Assembly (NCBI GenBank): GCA_038087875.1
Contig: CM075979.1
Coordinates: 39,680,001-39,744,000 of the forward strand
From: Malacoraja senta
Taxonomy: Eukaryota
Direction: 5' to 3'
DNA: 64,000 nucleotides
Below the pieces are notes generated by a model that saw only the letters and a program-made list of their open reading frames with translations, searched no databases and was not told where the DNA came from. How positions within the stretch are numbered: the first letter of the stretch is position 1; each line of letters starts with the position of its first letter. Below are positions 54,901-61,800 of the stretch, in pieces. The position numbers and the translations under genes were made by a program.

Positions 54901-57900
54901 AAGATCTTGCTGAACAAACGGTGATTGATACCATCATGATGAAATACTTCAAAACAATTATTGGTAGGAAGGTATTGGTAATTTAACTACTTGAAAAATA
55001 TGCAAATTTCTGGTATATGCTGATTCCTAGTAAGATGAAAAATATATATATTAATTTAACTAGTTGCAAAATATACTTGGTATGGGGATTTCCTGGGGAA
55101 TCGGGAGGCAATTCCTTGCAAATGGACATAGATTTCACCAACTGCGAACTGATGTAGTGTTTGGAGAGCGTAGCATACCATTTCTCACAGTGAAGGAAAC
55201 TGCCTCAGCCTTGTCTTAGAAATGTTTTTTTAAATGGCCAAATAGAATAAGAAGAGCCACAGGTAAAGTTTGATTTTCATTCAAACCCTTTCCTCCCAAC
55301 ATGCTGGGTTTTTCACTCATGGAGTCATAGAGTCAAGGAAACCCAGAGAATGGAAACAATCCCTTCGGTCCACCTTCTAAGCAGATCCCATATGAACTGT
55401 TTGGCCCATATCTCTTTAAATATTTTCTATCTATGTATCTTTTAAAATGTCTTTTAAATGTTGCTATTGTATCTGCCTCAACTACTTTGCCTGGCAATCT
55501 TAGTACATTTGGAGCCATTGACCTGATGCCAGTATATCTAAGCATTTGATGCCAGTATACCATCCTTTCCAGCAGTGCATGGGAACTCGTGTCTCACTAA
55601 TATGATGGTGTTCGCACATCTTGCCAGCTCTTCAGTATTGTGTTGGAGCTGAAGACTGTATTCACCTCAACGCCACCACTAAAGTTCAAAACCTCTGCCA
55701 ACTTAAGCATCATACCTTCTGCCTTCACATCCACGCCTCTCGTGTCTCCCAAAGATAGACGGCTGGTCAAAAGCTTCAAATTGCAAAACCAACCCTCCAG
55801 CATCAACAACCACCTCCTATCATCAAACCAAATTTGGATCTAAGTTGCCCATTTACCCATCTCCCATGTGAGACCTTATTAGACATTTACTGAAGTCTAT
55901 GAAGACAACATCAACTGCACATCTCTCAACAACATAGTCTTTCAATAGTTCAATCAATTTAGTCTGTCAGGATCCTTCCTCAACACACTGCCTTTCCTTG
56001 ATTAATCACCATCTTAGATTAATATTGTCCCTTATTTTTGTTCCCATTTTATTTACAATATTGGCATCATTGCAGAATAAAGGGGAGAGGCGAGGAGCAA
56101 TTTCTTCCTTCAGACAATGATGAATCTGTAATACTCTGTCCCAGGTAATTGGGGAGGTGGAGTCATTGAAAATGTTGCTGGCTAATACTGACAAATGATT
56201 GAACTCTAGGGGAGTCGGGGTCAATAGGAACAAGCAGGAATTGAAGGGAATAATGGAGTCAGATCAACAGCCATTTTAACAGGCAGATGTTTTAACAACA
56301 GATCAACAGGCAGAACACACCCAAATCGTGATCTGGCTGACTGCTGCTCCCATTCCTCTGCTCCCATTCCTCTGCTCTCTCTTTCAAGTCCAAATATAAG
56401 CAAAACTTGAATTAGGAAGACAAATATTTAACGTGAAATCTTGCATCACATTTCTCTTCCGTCAAAAGGCAATTTCAGCACACAAAGAAATCGGACAATC
56501 CGTTTTCCCAAAAATATAGTCACAAAACTGAAAGGAATTGTGAAGTAGCACGCTTTTGTTTTTTGGTTGAAGAGTGAGTTTTGAAGAACTTCTTGCTCAT
56601 ATACGATGGGGCTTTGGAATCTCATGACTGAACAAGCTTCCCTGCTTAACCTGTGGTTTTGAAGACAATCTCCCAGTGACATACTGGGATCTCGGCTGTG
56701 ACATTTTGAGAAAGTGCTAAGTGGGTCTTCAACCTATCGTTCTCCAAGTTGGAGACATAATCTCAATCAACAGAACAAAGCCATCACTGCCAATTTCATG
56801 GGAAGTTAAAAGTGCCTTGGAGCATAGGACCTTGCCAATAGGTTGGGGCTGTCCAAAAATGCTGCAATTGGCCAATTCAGACAGCACACAATGGGATTCA
56901 TACATCAACAATCTGGTTTGGTTTAGGCCTGAGTTTAAAATTACCATAACCTTATTCCTTTATTGGCAGAAAACATTTTTCTTCCAAAAACAATGATTAG
57001 ACTTCTAGCTTATAAAAATAATATATACAGTATTTTCATTTTTATTAAGAACTAACAAAAGGTCATCAATTGAACTGTTAACCCTATCTTCCTCCCCATA
57101 GACACTGTCAAACCAGATCAATATCTCCAACATTTTCAGTTTTTATTTCTATTTTCCAGTATCTGTATGTTTGCTTTTTCAGCTTAAATAAATAGTTGGT
57201 TGGAAACAGAGTCTGCCTTTGATATTCCAGGTTCCTGCATTGGATGGGGAGGTTCCCATTACATTACTTTTGATGGAACAGATTACACATTCAAAGGAAA
57301 ATGTACTTACATTGTGGTGAGGCAAATAACAGAAAAGATCGAAAACTTCAAGGTTTACTTGGACAACGGCAACATTGGGCCAGAAATGTCACAGCCAATA
57401 GCCCTCAAAATATTCTACAAATCTTTAGTAATCACATTGATTCGGGTGACTGCCAACAACTCAATAAGAGCTACGGTAAGTGTTTCTACACTTTCTGCCA
57501 ATTGGCAAAGAAGAGAGCTTCGCCCACCAGTTTGGATTTAAATCCATGATGAAAGTCCATTGCAAATAAAGCCATTGGGTTAAGGCTGGCATGGCTGTGA
57601 AGTTGCCTCTATGTCACTGATCCTCTCAATCTAAGGATGTATTCCAGGATGTATTCCAATCTTCCAAGCCATCCCATTGTGGCCCTTGCATTATTTTTAA
57701 CTGCATTCTCTGCAGCTGTAACATTATATTCTGCACTCTATTGTCTTTTCTGCACTACCTGATACATTCATCTATGATAAGATTTGCCTGGATAGCACAC
57801 AAACGAAAGTTTATCAGTATCCCAGTGCACATGACAATAATAAACCAGTGTTGGGCATTGAGGACAAACTGTTCTCAATGCTCTCCTAGAAATAACAGAA

Positions 57901-58863
57901 AACTAGGAATATCCCATTGTGTATATATGTGCCAAAGATTTGTCTGCCTAACCATCTCAATCCTCCCACTGGCCCAGGGTGCCCTCAAGTGGTAAGACCA
58001 AGTCACTGTCGGTCCAGTTTTGGAACTTTTACCAGATCGGACAGCGTGAAAATAGTCAATATGTAAAGATGGTGTCATTTACCTGCTGCACAATGTTTAC
58101 TCCTATTATGTGCAAATGTCCCATCGAGAAGAGTTCACCAAAGCCTCAATCAAATAGAAGACATGTCCAGAAGAAAAAAACCTGGGGAAGGAAGCAAACA
58201 GGAAAATGGTTCCAGTCAGTCATAGAGTTCTTTAGCACAAAAACAGACCTATTAACCAACTTTATATTCCCCGTTGACTTAATGTCTACCAAGTATGCCA
58301 AAGCTATGTATACCAAGTTGCCGACTCAACTCGTCCCACAGACTGTGGTGCACCCTGATAGAAATATATAAAACTAGACCAAGTGGGATCCATTGCAATA
58401 TTCCACCACTGACTCGTTCCCCCAACGCAACCCGTTCCACAACGCAAAATTCCACCACTCACCAATAGCCCCCAACACGGCTCATTTCCCCTTATCCCAC
58501 AGCACTCCCTCCCCCTCCTCTTCACCCTCACTCTTTTTAAACTTTTAAAAATTGACTTATCATTAAAAAAAATCCAATTCCACTTGCAGCCCCTGCCCAT
58601 TACAATGTTACAAATGACTGGACTCCCAGTATCTTGTCATTTGTAACATTGTAACGGGCATGGGCAGCAAGTGGAATTGGATTTCTTACAGTGAAAAGTC
58701 AAGTGAAAAGTTACATTTTTAAAACTTAAAATGTGAATAACTTGTAAAATATACCATCAATCTGAACGGAACTTGATACAACACACCACAGGACGATGGT
58801 GAGTATGGTGGTCCAACAATTGTAGCACTATAGTGTACCATTTAGGCATAATTTCAGGACATC

Positions 58864-58898
<35 letters not shown>

Positions 58899-61800
58899 TA
58901 GAAACAAACAAGATGATAGTTTTAGTAATATACAGATTCTGAAAGCTATGGATGGAGTAGATAGAATTTTTTCTCAGGGTGGAAATGTAAAAGACAAGAG
59001 GACATAGCTTTTAGGTGAGTGGGGAAAGTTAAAATTAGATTTACAAGAAAGAGGGCGGTAGGTGCCTGTAGTGCTAACCGGTGAGGTGGTGGAAGCAGAT
59101 ATAATAGTGATACTTAAGAGCCATTTAGACAGGCACATGTACAGAGAGGGTATGGAGGGATATGGAACATGTACAGGCAAAAGAGATCAGTTGAACTTGG
59201 TATCAACTTCTGCATAGTCACCATGGGCCAAAGGGCCTGTTTCTATGCTGCATGTTCTATATGTTTTTCAAGGGGGGGCCAAGAATGGATTTGAACAGAA
59301 ATTAAGGTAGGATTGGATTCAAGGCAGAGAAATATCCAAAGTTAGAGAAAGATTCCTGCTGCCCCGCTCATTGAGAAAGGTTGGGCAGTGTTGCTCAGGA
59401 AACCCACGACCAGTGATCTGCCAGGCAGTGCCTCCACACAGCAATAGACCATAACCGTCAACTGCGGACCTAGGGGTCACCACCTGCTCCATGATTCTAG
59501 TCTGACTCAGGTGACAAACATGTTCCTCATGCTTATAAAGTACAGAAATAAAACAGTAGCTGACCGGAGCATCTTGCTTTTCTTATGCAGGCCCTGGTCA
59601 ATGATGAAGAGATTATACAACCTTATTCCCATGATGGGGTCAGGATCAGTTCCTCAGGGATCACGGAAAAGGTTGAGATTACTACCATTAATGCTACTAT
59701 TACATTTGATGGCCTGGGCTTTACTATAGACCTTCCCAACAAGATCTTTGAGAAAAACGTTGAAGGACAGTGTGGTATGTATCATTGGGACTTCTTCATT
59801 TCAGTATCCAGAATTGTAAAAATGCTGCATCTAAATTGAGATATCGCCATGCATGGATTAACAGGAGGGCTTTCAATACATTACCTTCAGAACATGGAGA
59901 TGTTGGAAATCTGTATTTGTTCTGTTAATAAGTTTTTTGTCTTGTGAGATTTAAAAAAAATAAGGACAATTATCATTCATGGAAGTTAGTGGTCATATTT
60001 TATAATATTTTTCTCATTTTGCTAACCCAACTTTACAAACAAGTTATTTTTGTGGGAGGATATGGTGACAGAGATGATCTAATGAGTGTATCTCAGAATG
60101 TACTTAACTTTCCTCTGTGGGGGCAACGAGAGGCTTAACCAAAGGGACAATGTAAAGCAGATCAAGACATTCTTTAAAGAATGGCATCCATGTTGAATAT
60201 CAAATTGATGTTACATTGGGGGTGTTCAGAGAAATGCATTTGGATGTTTGGCCTAATTGTTTAAGTTCAGACACTGTGGGGGGAGGCGTTGGGGTTTGGG
60301 CCCATGAATCAGTGGAGGGGTGGTGTGGAGGAGGTTAATGGAGATAAGTGAAAATGCATTGGGAAGACTTCTTTGCTTGTGAGCATCCGATGACGTTGGA
60401 AGTACATTTTAAGTAATGCCTCAATTCTCAATTTCCACTTCCCTAGGTACCTGCACCAACAACAAGACAGATGACTGCACACTGCCTGATGGAACTGTGG
60501 TATCTTCTTGCTCTCACGCCGCGTCTCACTGGAAAATTACGGATAAGAACACAGCACATTGCGATGCCGGAACTACAACCCCAAGGCCAATACTTTCTTC
60601 AACTACACCTTCTCCAAAAACCACACTCAGTCCGACAACTGTGCCAACTACCCCTTGTGCAGCATCAAATATTTGCAAGATCATCCTTGGCCCGTAAGTC
60701 TTATTCCCAGGGTAAAGGTGACATTTGGGTACTGTTGGGAATGTGGGCACTCATGGTTAATCATTCCCCTTTCTATCTTCTAAGTGACCAGTTGGCACAG
60801 CTATTAAGTCATTTTAACAATCAGAATGCTGTTTAAATATTTTATTCTTAAAGGTATGCATTAAATTTCCTTTTGATTGCCAACAAGCTAGTTGACCTGG
60901 ATGATGCACACCTGGTGACAATCTCCATTCAATTGCAACAATTGCCTGTGAACTCTGGTCCTGGTGACCGACTTTTGGAATATCAACCATAAGTGCACCT
61001 TCCAAAACCAAAGCTACTGCCGTTAACTGTATACTTTCCCGTTACATTTGATCGCCATTGAAATTGTGATGAGGAGAAGTATTTTCACTCAGTGAGTGGT
61101 GAACCTATGGAACTGTCTACCTCAGAAGGTTTCAGAAGATAAGTCGTTCTGAGGGATTGATAGATTTCTGAACATTTATCATCTGACCAGCTAACCAGCT
61201 CATCTACCGCTATTGTTTGACTAGTACCACCTTTTTTTCCTCATTTTTTTCAACTATTGTCAGAACTAGATGAATGGCCTCATTGTCACCACTCAGGGAG
61301 GGCTAGAAGAGAAAGGAGAATGAGAGGAGGTGGGGGATAGAGCGGGAGGTGGTCACTTATCTCCGACAATGAAGGAATGATGACTTGCAATCAATATGTA
61401 AGGTAGACTGTTCCACTCAGAACATTTTGCATTTCTAACATTGTTCTTCTTTTCATAGTATCTTCTCAAAATGCCATGACAAGGTACCTCCAGGCCCATT
61501 CTATGAAGCCTGTGTGAATGACGCATGCCATGTCAGGAATGAGACAATAATATGTTCCAGTATAGACATGTATTCCAAGATGTGCAGATCTAAAGGCGAT
61601 ACCTGTGTGGATTGGCGGGATCACACCGACGGAATATGTTGTAAGTAACTGATCAAGAATCAAAGTGCTGGAGGTATTCGACAGGTCAGGTAGCATCTGT
61701 AGAGGACAATGAACAATGATTCGGGTCGGGACCCTTCTTCAGACTGATGGAGAAAGTTGTAAAAGAAAGGTAGGAGTGGCAAAGTGATAGGTGGATACAG

